From contig JBFLZG010000063.1 in the NCBI GenBank assembly GCA_040756235.1, forward strand, positions 1-63,468: DNA of 63,468 bases, in the 5' to 3' direction. The position numbers and the translations under genes are program-made. Positions 19,295-28,692 of the stretch are shown here, one piece after another. The DNA is from a bacterium. GTDB lineage: Bacteria; Desulfobacterota; DSWW01. Each line of letters opens with the position of its first letter. The first letter of the stretch is position 1. The notes under the pieces are model-generated. The model saw only the letters and a list, made by a program, of their open reading frames with translations, was not told the origin of the DNA and did no database searches.

Positions 19295-20484
19295 GCCTGC
19301 TGCGGAGAAGAGAAGGTAGCCGGCGGCCGACCGTAAGGCGGCGGTCCGTGGCCTACGCGAGAAGACAGCTCCGGTTCCTCCCGGCCGCCGCCATGCTCTT
19401 GCTCCTGGCCGGCTGCGGCCAGGAGACCGACGGGACCGGAAACCCGGCGGCGGGGACCGCGATCCCTGTTTCTGTGGCGCCCGTCCTGGAGAAGACGATG
19501 CCCCTCTTGGTCCAGGCAATCGGCAACGTGGTCGCATCGGCCACGGTCTCGGTCCGCTCCCGCGTGGGCGGCGCCTTGCAGAAGGTCCATTTTCGGGAGG
19601 GCGACGAGGTGAGCGCAGGCGAGCTGCTGTTCGTCATCGACCCGCGACCCTATGAGGCCGCCCTGCGGCAGGCCGAGGGCCTCCTGGCGCGCGACCAGGC
19701 GCTCCAGGAGAAGGCCGAGGCGGACCTCCGCAGGTTCTCCGAGCTGATCAAGGACGACTTCGTCTCCGAGGAACAGCTCGACCAAGTCCGGGCTTCGGCC
19801 GCTTCCCTAAGGGCGTCCGTGCGGGCGGACGAGGCGGCTGTGAAAACGGCCGCCCTCGAGCTTTCCTACTGCCGGATCTATGCCCCCATATCCGGCCGCA
19901 CCGGGGACCTGCTCGTGGACGAGGGCAACCTGATCAAGGCCAACGATGACCTCATGGTCGTGATCAACCAGATCGTTCCGATCGAGGCCAGCTTTTCGGT
20001 TCCGGAGCAACATCTGTCAGAGATCCGCGCCCGCCATGCGCAAAGGCCCCTGCAGGTGACCGCCCTGGTCAAGCAGGACGGTTTCAGGCCGGTCGAGGGA
20101 AGGCTCACTTTCGTGAACAACACCGTGGACACCGCCACCGGGACCGTGCTGCTCAAGGCGAGCTTTAACAACGAGGATCGAGCCTTGTGGCCCGGGCAGT
20201 TCGTGGACGTGGCCCTCACGCTCGGAGAGCAGAGCCAGGCCATCGTCACCCCTTCGGAGGCCGTTCAAAGCGGCCAGCAGGGTGCCTACGTGTTCGTGGT
20301 CCGCGAGGACGGGACGGCCGAATCCAGGACGGTCGAGGTGAGCCGCATCGTGGGCGAGGATACCGTCATCGCACAGGGCCTGACCGCCGGGGAAACGGTG
20401 GTCGTCGACGGCCAGCTCCGGCTCGTGCCGGGGGCCAAGGTGGAAATCAAGGCGCCGCCTGCAGCGCAGGGTGCGACTCGATGA
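19291..20484 (+). CDS. RND efflux membrane-fusion protein (MdtA-like)
   Basis: VRSRVGG..F.EG..V..G.LLF.IDPRPY, IYAPISGRTG, LWPGQFV; ATGA overlap. Confidence 0.9.
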   Translation: MSLLRRREGSRRPTVRRRSVAYARRQLRFLPAAAMLLLLAGCGQETDGTGNPAAGTAIPVSVAPVLEKTMPLLVQAIGNVVASATVSVRSRVGGALQKVHFREGDEVSAGELLFVIDPRPYEAALRQAEGLLARDQALQEKAEADLRRFSELIKDDFVSEEQLDQVRASAASLRASVRADEAAVKTAALELSYCRIYAPISGRTGDLLVDEGNLIKANDDLMVVINQIVPIEASFSVPEQHLSEIRARHAQRPLQVTALVKQDGFRPVEGRLTFVNNTVDTATGTVLLKASFNNEDRALWPGQFVDVALTLGEQSQAIVTPSEAVQSGQQGAYVFVVREDGTAESRTVEVSRIVGEDTVIAQGLTAGETVVVDGQLRLVPGAKVEIKAPPAAQGATR

Positions 20485-23400
20485 ATTTTTCCGAGCTCTT
20501 CATTCGCCGCCCGGTCATGACCACGCTGGTCATGGGGGGCATCCTCCTGTTCGGCATCATGGCGTACCGTCTGCTGCCTGTGAGCGACCTGCCCAACGTG
20601 GACTTCCCGACCATCCAGGTCTCGGCGAGCCTGCCCGGCGCCAGTCCCGAGACCATGGCCTCGTCGGTGGCGACCCCGCTGGAAAAGGAGTTTTCGACCA
20701 TCGCCGGCATCGACTCCATGAGCTCCTCGAGCCTCCTGGGCAGCACGAACATCACCGTGCAGTTCACGCTGGACAGGGACCTGGATGCGGCCGCGCAGGA
20801 CATCCAGGCCGCCATTTCCAGGGCCGGGCGCCGCCTTCCCCGGGACATGCCCAGCCCGCCCTCCTACCGCAAGGTGAATCCGGCGGACCAGCCGATCCTC
20901 TATATCGCCCTCACTTCGCCCACCCTGCCCCTCTACCAGCTCAACGAGTACGGCGAAACTCTGATGGCCCAGCGCATCAGCATGGTGAGCGGCGTGGCCC
21001 AGGTGCAGGTCTACGGCGCCCAGAAATACGCGGTCAGGATTCGTCTGGACCCCAGGCAGCTCGCCAGCCGCGGGATCGGGATCGACGAGGTCTCCCGGAG
21101 CGTCCAGGGCGCCAACGTCAACCTGCCGACCGGCACGCTCTGGGGCCCTCATACCGCCTTCACCTTGGAGGCAAACGGCCAGCTCACCGAAGCCGCGGCG
21201 TACCGGCCGGTCATCGTCTCCTACCGCAACGGCAAGCCCGTCCGGCTGGAAGAGCTGGGGCACGTGCTCGACAGCGTGGAAAACGACAAGACCGCCGCCT
21301 GGTTCATCGACCAGCGCGCCGTGATCCTGGCCATCCAGCGCCAGCCCGGCTCCAACACGGTCGAGGTCGCCCAGTCGGTCCTGGAGCTCCTGCCGACCTT
21401 TCGCGGCCAGCTTCCCGCGTCCGCCACCCTCAACCTCGTCTACGACCGCTCCGAGTCCATCCGAGAATCGGTGAAGGACGTGAAGTTCACGCTGGTCTTC
21501 ACGCTCTTCCTGGTGGTCGCCGTGATCTTCCTGTTCCTGCGAAACCTGTCCGCCACCGTGATCCCCAGCCTGTCGATGCCCCTGTCGATCATCGGCTCGT
21601 TCGCGGTCATGTACCTGCTCGACTTCAGCCTGGACAACCTCTCCCTCATGGCCCTCATCCTGTCCATCGGATTCGTGGTGGACGACGCGATCGTCATGCT
21701 GGAGAACATCGTGCGGCACATGGAGCACGGGGAGCGCCCGTTCCGGGCGGCCCTCACGGGCTCCCGGGAGATCAGCTTCACCATCATCAGCATGACCTTG
21801 TCGCTGGCAGCGGTGTTCATTCCCGTCCTGTTCATGGGCGGGATCATCGGCCGGCTGTTCAACGCGTTCGCCGTGACGATCGGCCTGTCGGTGCTGATCT
21901 CCGGTTTCGTCTCCCTGACCCTGACGCCCATGCTGGCCAGCCGTTTTCTCAGGCCGCCGGGCGAGATGCGGCACGGGCGGCTGTACAGGGCTTCCGAGAG
22001 CTTCTTTGCCGGCATGCTCCGCGCTTACGAAATCGGACTGCAATGGTCTCTCCGGCACCGCCTGATCGTCATGATCGTGACCCTGGGCATCAGCGCCGGA
22101 ACCGTCTTCCTGTTTCGCTCCATGCCCAAGGGGTTCCTGCCGAGCGAGGACGCCGGCAGGCTCGTGGCCTGGACCGAGGCCAAGGAGGGCATCTCCTTCC
22201 AGGCCATGGCGGAGCACCAGCAGGCCCTGGCCGCCGTCGTCAAGGCAGACCCGAACGTGGACAAGTTCATCTCCACGGCCGGCGCCCGCGGCGGCTCCGC
22301 CGGAACCAACGCGGGCATCATCTTCATGCACCTGCCGCCCAGAGAACAGCGTGAGCTCTCGGCGGAGGAAGTGGCCGCCCAACTGCGCAGGAAAGTCGCC
22401 CAGGTGCCGGGCATCCGGGCCTTTGTCCAGAACCCGCCGCCCATCAGTTTCGGCGGCAGGGCGACCAAGAGCCAGTACCAGCTCACGCTGCAGAGCCCGG
22501 AAACCGAGGAGCTCTACCGGTTCGCGCCGGTCCTGGAGTCCGAGATGCGCAAGTTGCCGGGGCTGGTCGACGTGACCTCGGATCTCCAGCTCAAGAACCC
22601 GCAGGTCAACGTGGAAATCGACCGGGACAAGGCTTCGTCGCTGGGCGTCTCGGCGGAAACGGTCGAGGAGGCGCTCTACACGGCTTACGGTTCCCGGCAG
22701 ATCTCCACGATCTACGCGCCGAACGACCAGTATCAGGTGATCATGGAGGTCCGGCCCGAGTTCCAGCAGAACATGGATGCCCTCTCGCTCCTGTACGTGC
22801 GTTCCGACCGCGGGGACCTGGTGCCTCTCGACGCCCTGGCACGGTTCCGCCATAGCCTGGGACCTCTATCGGTGAACCATTCGGGCCAGCTCACCTCGGT
22901 CACGCTCTCCTTCAACCTGGAGCCGAACTTTCCGCTCGGCGATGCGGTGAGCTCCGTGCAGGCGGCCGCCGGGAGACTGCTGCCGGACACGATCAGCACG
23001 AGCTTCCAGGGGACGGCCCAGGCATTCCAGACTTCCATGCAGGGGCTCGGAATGCTGCTGGCCCTGGCCATTCTCGTGATCTACCTGGTCCTCGGCATCC
23101 TGTACGAGAGCTTCATCCACCCCGTGACGATCCTCTCCGCTCTGCCGCTGGCCGGGTTCGGGGCGCTCCTGACGTTGATGCTCTTCGGCATCGACCTGAA
23201 CATCTACGCCTTCGTCGGCATGATCATGCTGGTCGGGCTGGTGAAGAAAAACGGCATCATCATGATCGATTTCGCGATCGAGGCGCAACGCAGCCGGGGC
23301 GCGGGAGCTGCCGAAGCGATCTTCGAAGCCTGCTTGGTGCGCTTCCGGCCGATCATGATGACCACCATGGCCGCCCTGTTCGGGACCTTGCCCATCGCCC

Positions 23401-23627
23401 TGGGGCTGGGATCCGGCGGGGAAGCACGGCAGCCGCTGGGCCTGGCCGTGGTGGGCGGGCTGCTCTTTTCCCAGATGCTCACGCTCTTCGTCACGCCGGT
23501 CGTCTTCCTGTACATGGACCGCTTCCAGGCCGCCCTGGGCCGCTGGTTTCCGGGTCTCGCCTCCGGCAGGGCCGCAGAGCGTGGCCCCGTCTCCCCTCGA
23601 GGCCCCGACCCCGCCGGGGCGAAGTGA
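20481..23627 (+). CDS. RND efflux permease (MdtB/MdtC-like)
   Basis: FIRRPV, LPVSDLPNVDFPTIQV, GFVVDDAIVMLENI, RFRPIMMTT. Confidence 0.95.
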   Translation: MNFSELFIRRPVMTTLVMGGILLFGIMAYRLLPVSDLPNVDFPTIQVSASLPGASPETMASSVATPLEKEFSTIAGIDSMSSSSLLGSTNITVQFTLDRDLDAAAQDIQAAISRAGRRLPRDMPSPPSYRKVNPADQPILYIALTSPTLPLYQLNEYGETLMAQRISMVSGVAQVQVYGAQKYAVRIRLDPRQLASRGIGIDEVSRSVQGANVNLPTGTLWGPHTAFTLEANGQLTEAAAYRPVIVSYRNGKPVRLEELGHVLDSVENDKTAAWFIDQRAVILAIQRQPGSNTVEVAQSVLELLPTFRGQLPASATLNLVYDRSESIRESVKDVKFTLVFTLFLVVAVIFLFLRNLSATVIPSLSMPLSIIGSFAVMYLLDFSLDNLSLMALILSIGFVVDDAIVMLENIVRHMEHGERPFRAALTGSREISFTIISMTLSLAAVFIPVLFMGGIIGRLFNAFAVTIGLSVLISGFVSLTLTPMLASRFLRPPGEMRHGRLYRASESFFAGMLRAYEIGLQWSLRHRLIVMIVTLGISAGTVFLFRSMPKGFLPSEDAGRLVAWTEAKEGISFQAMAEHQQALAAVVKADPNVDKFISTAGARGGSAGTNAGIIFMHLPPREQRELSAEEVAAQLRRKVAQVPGIRAFVQNPPPISFGGRATKSQYQLTLQSPETEELYRFAPVLESEMRKLPGLVDVTSDLQLKNPQVNVEIDRDKASSLGVSAETVEEALYTAYGSRQISTIYAPNDQYQVIMEVRPEFQQNMDALSLLYVRSDRGDLVPLDALARFRHSLGPLSVNHSGQLTSVTLSFNLEPNFPLGDAVSSVQAAAGRLLPDTISTSFQGTAQAFQTSMQGLGMLLALAILVIYLVLGILYESFIHPVTILSALPLAGFGALLTLMLFGIDLNIYAFVGMIMLVGLVKKNGIIMIDFAIEAQRSRGAGAAEAIFEACLVRFRPIMMTTMAALFGTLPIALGLGSGGEARQPLGLAVVGGLLFSQMLTLFVTPVVFLYMDRFQAALGRWFPGLASGRAAERGPVSPRGPDPAGAK

Positions 23628-23701
23628 AGGCGGCCCGATCGGACGGACGCTTGGGGCCGCCCGCCAAGCGAGTAGAGAGGGTGCCGAAAAACATCCTCTC
23701 G

Positions 23702-23865
23702 AGAGGCCGGCGAGAAATGGCCAGATGCAAGGCGCGCGAGATCCTGAGGAACGAGGCGTACATGGAAGTACGCCGCAATGACACCGGCTTCCGCCGGGGC
23801 AGGCTCCCCCGCCTCCGTGCCGCGCCACGAGCGCAACGCCGCAGATGGCCGTTTGTCGTCAGCCG
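23702..23865. repeat. MITE-like element, copy 3
   Basis: GAAATGGCCAGATGCAAGGCGCGCG...GAGGAACGAGGCGTACATGG...GCAACGCCGCAGATGGCCGTTT. Confidence 0.85.
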
Positions 23866-23887
23866 TGTTTCCTTTCGCTCCCGGTCG

Positions 23888-23935
23888 TGTCGCCTTTCCT
23901 TGACACGTTTCGCTCCCGTGTAAGGAAACCCGACA
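23888..23935. promoter_or_regulatory. Pair of TGT-N11/12-ACA sites, putative enhancer (UAS) for a sigma54 activator
   Basis: TGTCGCCTTTCCTTGACA and TGTAAGGAAACCCGACA are near-inverted copies 90-130 bp upstream of the -24 box. Confidence 0.55.
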
Positions 23936-24021
23936 GCTCGAGGCCTTCCGGGCTGCCTGCAATTACCCGATATTGCTGTACTTCCTGGACTTTCCTGTGC
24001 GGCGCTTCCCGGTCGGCAGCC

Positions 24022-24037
24022 TGGCACGGCCATTGCT
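24022..24037 (+). promoter_or_regulatory. sigma54 (-24/-12) promoter
   Basis: TGGCACGGCCATTGCT is an exact match to TGGCACG-N4-TTGCW. Confidence 0.8.
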
Positions 24038-24157
24038 CATCCAAAGAAGTGAGAAGAGACCGGGAAAGAGAGCTGAGGTCGGTGAAAAGCTGGATCAGCT
24101 CCCCTCCAACGGCTGAGACTACGCAGGCAGGCAAAGGCCCGGTCGAGGAGGGCTAGG

Positions 24158-24247
24158 ATGGAAGACCTGAAATTGAATTGGCCCCTGATCGGCGGGATCT
24201 TCTTGAGCTTCGCGGTCTGGTCCGGCATCTTCCTGCTGGTGCTCTAA
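24158..24247 (+). CDS. 29-aa single-TM small protein MEDLKLNWPLIGGIFLSFAVWSGIFLLVL
   Basis: GAGGAGG RBS; downstream of the sigma54 promoter; below the ORF-track cutoff. Confidence 0.6.
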   Translation: MEDLKLNWPLIGGIFLSFAVWSGIFLLVL

Positions 24248-24425
24248 CCCCAAACAGAATAACGCCGTTTCGATGCGCTTCGGCCTCCCCTTGACGGGGC
24301 CGTGGCCGCGCATTACCATTGTGGCCGAGTTTACCTGGACGCCGATCCACCGGGGCCCGCCCGTAAAGGGGTGCGGCCCCGTTCTCCTTGTTCCGGGAAA
24401 ACCTTGAAGATAGAAAGGCTCGAAA

Positions 24426-24791
24426 ATGAAGAGGGTGATCTTAACGGGAGTGGTCGTACTGGTCCTGCTGACGGGGGCCGTAGTACAGACGGCTCACGCT
24501 GATCACGGCTGGGCCACGGCGGGAAAGATCCTGACCGGCGTAGCCATCGGTTCGGTCCTGGCAACTGTCGTGGGACCGCCTGTGGTGTACATGCAGCCGG
24601 CTCCGGTCGTGGTTCAACCGGCACCCACCATCATCCACCAGCCCGCTCCGGTCTACTACGTGCAGCCTGCGCCGGTCTACGTTCAGCCGGTGCCGGTGTA
24701 TGTGGCGCCGCGCCCCGTGGTCTACGGGTACCCGGCTCACCGGGTCGTATACCGGAACGGCTCCTCGCACCACCACAGACATCACCGGTAG
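24426..24791 (+). CDS. Secreted Pro/Val-rich repeat protein (PXPV-like) with His-rich tail
   Basis: Signal peptide ending AHA; repeated QPAPV; followed by a terminator. Confidence 0.75.
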   Translation: MKRVILTGVVVLVLLTGAVVQTAHADHGWATAGKILTGVAIGSVLATVVGPPVVYMQPAPVVVQPAPTIIHQPAPVYYVQPAPVYVQPVPVYVAPRPVVYGYPAHRVVYRNGSSHHHRHHR

Positions 24792-24818
24792 TTCAAGTTG
24801 CTGCATACGTGAAGCCCC

Positions 24819-24853
24819 GCCCGCCCTGTCCCCGGAACAGGGCGGGCTTTTTT
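24819..24853 (+). terminator. Rho-independent terminator
   Basis: GCCCGCCCTGT-loop-ACAGGGCGGGC followed by T6. Confidence 0.8.
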
Positions 24854-24917
24854 GTGCCGAGAGCACGGCTCGCGCTTCGTGCCCGGACAAGAGACGCTTC
24901 TCTGCACAGCCCGCATG

Positions 24918-24968
24918 TTGACGAACGCCCGCCCTCCTGGATATAAGGGGTTCATTGAACTAAGTTCA
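24918..24968 (+). promoter_or_regulatory. sigma70-like promoter with downstream palindromic operator
   Basis: TTGACG-N18-TATAAG, then TGAACT-A-AGTTCA palindrome (24956-24968) before the TetR gene. Confidence 0.55.
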
Positions 24969-24988
24969 GAAAGTGAGCCTTCTTCAAA

Positions 24989-25732
24989 ATGGCGCGCAGC
25001 TCCTGCCCGAGAACGTCGCTGAGTCAACAGGATCCGCCCAACGGAGCCTCGGTCACAGCCCAAAGAAGACGGCGCGAGAAGGAACAGCGCTACCAGAGCA
25101 TCCTGCGCGCCGCCGAGCGGCTCTTCTGCGAGCGCGGCTACCCGAACACGAAGATCCAGGACATCGCCCAGGCTGCGGAAGTCGCCGTGGGCACCGTCTA
25201 CTTCTACTTCCGCAGCAAGGAAGACCTGCTGCGCCATCTCATGGACGCCATTGCCCTCAACGTCCGCAGCATTCTCGGCCAGGCTTTCCAGAGCCGCAAG
25301 CCTCCGATCGATCGCTTCGAGGAGGCCGGCAGGGCCTTCTTTCAGGAGTTCTGCCTTGCCCATCCGTTCCAGCTGATCATCCTGCTCAGGGAATCGGTGG
25401 GCATCACGCCCGAGGTCGAGTCGCTGAGGAGATCCATCTTCGAGCGCTTCAACCAGGACGTGGCTTCGGCCATCCAGGAAGTCATGGAAGAGTACGGCGC
25501 CCCCAACCGGTTCGCCGCCCAGGTCCTCTCGGTGGCGATCGGCGGCATGATGGAGAAGGTCGCCTACCAGTACCTCATCTGGCAGGACCGTTCCGGCGAA
25601 ATGGAAACGATCGCCCGGGAGGCGCTGGCCTTCATCCGCGGAGGCCTCCTGTCGGTCCTCAAGGACATCGTACAGACCGAGGCCGGGCCGTCGTCCTCTG
25701 CGAAGTCGCGGCCTTCCGGACGTCGGCGCTAG
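24989..25732 (+). CDS. TetR/AcrR family regulator
   Basis: ILRAAERLF..RGY..T.IQDIA..AEVAVGTVYFYF.SKEDL. Confidence 0.9.
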   Translation: MARSSCPRTSLSQQDPPNGASVTAQRRRREKEQRYQSILRAAERLFCERGYPNTKIQDIAQAAEVAVGTVYFYFRSKEDLLRHLMDAIALNVRSILGQAFQSRKPPIDRFEEAGRAFFQEFCLAHPFQLIILLRESVGITPEVESLRRSIFERFNQDVASAIQEVMEEYGAPNRFAAQVLSVAIGGMMEKVAYQYLIWQDRSGEMETIAREALAFIRGGLLSVLKDIVQTEAGPSSSAKSRPSGRRR

Positions 25733-25744
25733 GCGGGGACCGGG

Positions 25745-26293
25745 ATGCTCTTGAAGGGAGGGCTGCACATCCACACGACCTGCTCGGACGGAGCCCTGAC
25801 CCCCCAGGAAATTGCAGACTGCTACGCGCAGAGGGGATATGATTTCATTGCGTTCACCGATCACGACTACCTGCTCAAGCCGAACTACCGGGAGATCTAC
25901 GCCAGCGTCAGGAGCGACCTGATCCTGTTTCACGGGGTGGAGCTCACCGTGTTCGTGAAGGGCTATGTCCACGTGAGCCGCATCGCAGGGGACTCCGAGG
26001 TCCTCCACGTCTTCAACCACATCGGCGAGTACGACCTGACCCCGGAGCAGATCCGCGATCGCACCGAGCGGATTGCAGAAATGTTTCCTCTGGATGCGGT
26101 CGAGATCACGACCAAGGGATTCCGGGAGAGGGAGCTGGAAACGCTGGACCTGCCTTATCCCAAGATCGCTTCCGACGACGCCCACACGCTCGTGGGCATC
26201 GGCAGGGCCTGGATCGAGCTGGACGCGAGAACCGACAAGGACAGCATCCTGAGGACGATCAAGAAGGGCGAGTTCTGGAATTGTTACCTGTGA
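25745..26293 (+). CDS. PHP-domain metallophosphoesterase
   Basis: LHIHTTCSDG, TDHD, GVE, FNH, SDDAH. Confidence 0.85.
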   Translation: MLLKGGLHIHTTCSDGALTPQEIADCYAQRGYDFIAFTDHDYLLKPNYREIYASVRSDLILFHGVELTVFVKGYVHVSRIAGDSEVLHVFNHIGEYDLTPEQIRDRTERIAEMFPLDAVEITTKGFRERELETLDLPYPKIASDDAHTLVGIGRAWIELDARTDKDSILRTIKKGEFWNCYL

Positions 26294-26317
26294 CCGGAAC
26301 AGAGGGAGGACAAGGTC

Positions 26318-27463
26318 ATGAGCAGGCGTGTGGCAATTTGCGCTATGGCACAGATCAAGAACGAACCCGATATCTGGCACAAGCGCTTCCAGGCCATGCT
26401 GCTCGAATGCCTGGAGCCGATCCTGGAGAAGACAGGGGTCACCTTCGACATGGAGAAGGGCATCCGCGACGTCGTCACCTGCTCGGACGACGTGTTCGAC
26501 GCCCGGACCATTTCCGACAACGGCATGACCGATGTCGTGGGAGCCCACTACCGCGGGGAGGAGAAGGTGGCCCAGGACGGCCTGAACGGCCTGGGGTACG
26601 CGATGGCCGCGATCCTGTCCGGCCACGACGACTTGGTGCTGTTCATGGGGCACTGCAAGGAGTCGCAGTCCGAGAGCCGGCGGGCGTGCACGAACCTGGC
26701 CTATGATCCCTTTTTCTGCAGGCCCCTGGGGCTGGACTTTCTCAACACCAACGCCTTGCAGGCCCGCTCCTACATGGCCAAATCCGGCGTGACCGACGCC
26801 CACCTCGCCGACATCGTGGTGCGATCGAGGAAGAACGCGGCCCGGAATCCCTACGCCCGGGAGAACAAGCCGGTGACGCGGGAAGAGGTGATGGCTTCCC
26901 CCTATCTTGCGGATCCGATCCGGGAGCTGCACGCCCATCCGATCACGGACTGGGCCGTCGGCATGCTCTTGTGCTGTGAGGAGCGTGCCCGGGAGTTCAC
27001 CGACAAACCGGTCTGGCTCACCGGGTTCGGCAACTGCATGGACCGCTACTTCGTCGGCGACCGGGACCTCGCTTCGAATTTCGGCCTGAACAAGGCGGCC
27101 GCCCGGGCGTACGCGATGGCCGGAATCAAGGACCCCGGGCGCGAGATCGGCTTGTTCGAGCTGAACGACGGGTGCGCCTACCAGCTTCCCATGATCGCCG
27201 AAGGCGTCGGCCTCGCCGAGGAAGGGAAGGGCGGGAGCTGGGTGGAGTCCGGCGGCCCGGACCGCCACAACGTCAACCTCTCCGGCGGCATGCTGAACGG
27301 CAACCCGATCATGCTCGGCGGCGTCGCCCGGGCCGTGGAGGCGTTCCTCCAGCTCCGGGGGGAGGCCGGCGAAAGGCAGGTCAAGGGATTGAAGAAGGCG
27401 CTCGCGCACGGCTCCACGGGCGGCGCCAGCCAGCATCAGACGATCTTGATTCTGGAAAATTGA
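26318..27463 (+). CDS. Thiolase-fold (SCP-x type) protein, Ltp4-like
   Basis: NAARNPYA, VNLSGGML, QLRGEAGERQV, LAHG; no canonical catalytic Cys motif. Confidence 0.8.
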   Translation: MSRRVAICAMAQIKNEPDIWHKRFQAMLLECLEPILEKTGVTFDMEKGIRDVVTCSDDVFDARTISDNGMTDVVGAHYRGEEKVAQDGLNGLGYAMAAILSGHDDLVLFMGHCKESQSESRRACTNLAYDPFFCRPLGLDFLNTNALQARSYMAKSGVTDAHLADIVVRSRKNAARNPYARENKPVTREEVMASPYLADPIRELHAHPITDWAVGMLLCCEERAREFTDKPVWLTGFGNCMDRYFVGDRDLASNFGLNKAAARAYAMAGIKDPGREIGLFELNDGCAYQLPMIAEGVGLAEEGKGGSWVESGGPDRHNVNLSGGMLNGNPIMLGGVARAVEAFLQLRGEAGERQVKGLKKALAHGSTGGASQHQTILILEN

Positions 27464-27480
27464 GAAGCGGGGTGAGAGCC

Positions 27481-28680
27481 ATGACTCATAAGAAGAAGAA
27501 CCGAAATGTTGCGGTCATCGGCGTGGGTCAGACCAGGCATTCCAGCCATCGGGAGGACGTGAATCAGCCCGAGATGGTGAACGAGGCCGTGCAGCGGGCC
27601 CTGGACGACGCCGGCCTGACCATGAAGGACGTCGACTGCATCGTCCACGGGAACATGGAGCTGTTCGAGATGATCCACCAGCCGGACCTCTGGCACGAGC
27701 TCGGCACGGGCGCTTACGGCAAGAGCGCCTTTCGCCTGACGACCGGCGGGACGACCGGAGCCACCCTGTTCGGCGCGGCCGACACCCTGGTCGCTTCCGG
27801 CATGTACGACGTGGTAATGGCCATCGGCTTCGAAAAGCTCCAGGAAGGGAACACCACGGCCGGCATCACCAACATGGCCGACCCTCTCTGGTCCAGGAAC
27901 CTGCAGACCGGCGCCCTCACGAGCACCTGCGCCTACGACGTGATCCAGGAGTTCGGTGAGGAGCGGGCCAAGCGGGCCTCGATGATGTACCGGATCATCA
28001 TGGACAAGCATGCCACCCTCAATCCCAATGCCCACCGGCAGTTCGGCCTCGAGTTCGACCAGCTCGAGCAGCTCATGGAAGGTTCGGCCAAGCTGATCGG
28101 CGAGCTCCGCATCATCCACATGTGCTCGCAGTCGGACGGCGCCTGCGCGGTCATCATGGCTTCCGAACAGAAGGCGAAGAAGCTTTCCAGGAATCCGGTC
28201 TGGGTCCGGGACCACATCACGGTCCACCGGGAGGAGTCGTTCAACATCATGGGGTACGACAAACGTTACCCCGTGGACATGACCCACAAAGTGGCGGCGC
28301 GGGAGCTGTTCAAGCGGAACGGCATCAGCAACCCGCTCGACTACTTCGATGTCTTCGAGATGTACGATCCTTCTTCCTGGTGGGGGCTGGACTGGCTGAG
28401 GGACTTCTTCATGCTCGAGGGGGACGAGCACCTCAAGCTGGTAGAAAACAAGGAGATCATGATCGGCGGCAAAATGCCCGTCAACCCTTCCGGCGGCGTG
28501 ATCGCGACCAACCCCATCGGCGCCACGGCGCTCGTCCGGCCGGCTGAAGCCGCTCTCCAGATCCGCGGGGATGCGGGCCCGCACCAGATCCCTACGCCCG
28601 TGAAGCACGGGCTCGCCTCGGGCTTCGGCGGCACCATGTGGACGGTCCTGATCATGCTGGAGAAGGAACTCGGCTGGTAG
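27481..28680 (+). CDS. Thiolase-fold (SCP-x type) protein, Ltp3-like aldolase subunit
   Basis: VAVIGVGQT, SDGACA, YDPSSW, VNPSGGVIATNPIGA; TTGGTTG where thiolases carry the nucleophilic Cys. Confidence 0.8.
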   Translation: MTHKKKNRNVAVIGVGQTRHSSHREDVNQPEMVNEAVQRALDDAGLTMKDVDCIVHGNMELFEMIHQPDLWHELGTGAYGKSAFRLTTGGTTGATLFGAADTLVASGMYDVVMAIGFEKLQEGNTTAGITNMADPLWSRNLQTGALTSTCAYDVIQEFGEERAKRASMMYRIIMDKHATLNPNAHRQFGLEFDQLEQLMEGSAKLIGELRIIHMCSQSDGACAVIMASEQKAKKLSRNPVWVRDHITVHREESFNIMGYDKRYPVDMTHKVAARELFKRNGISNPLDYFDVFEMYDPSSWWGLDWLRDFFMLEGDEHLKLVENKEIMIGGKMPVNPSGGVIATNPIGATALVRPAEAALQIRGDAGPHQIPTPVKHGLASGFGGTMWTVLIMLEKELGW

Positions 28681-28692
28681 GAGGGAATTTCC

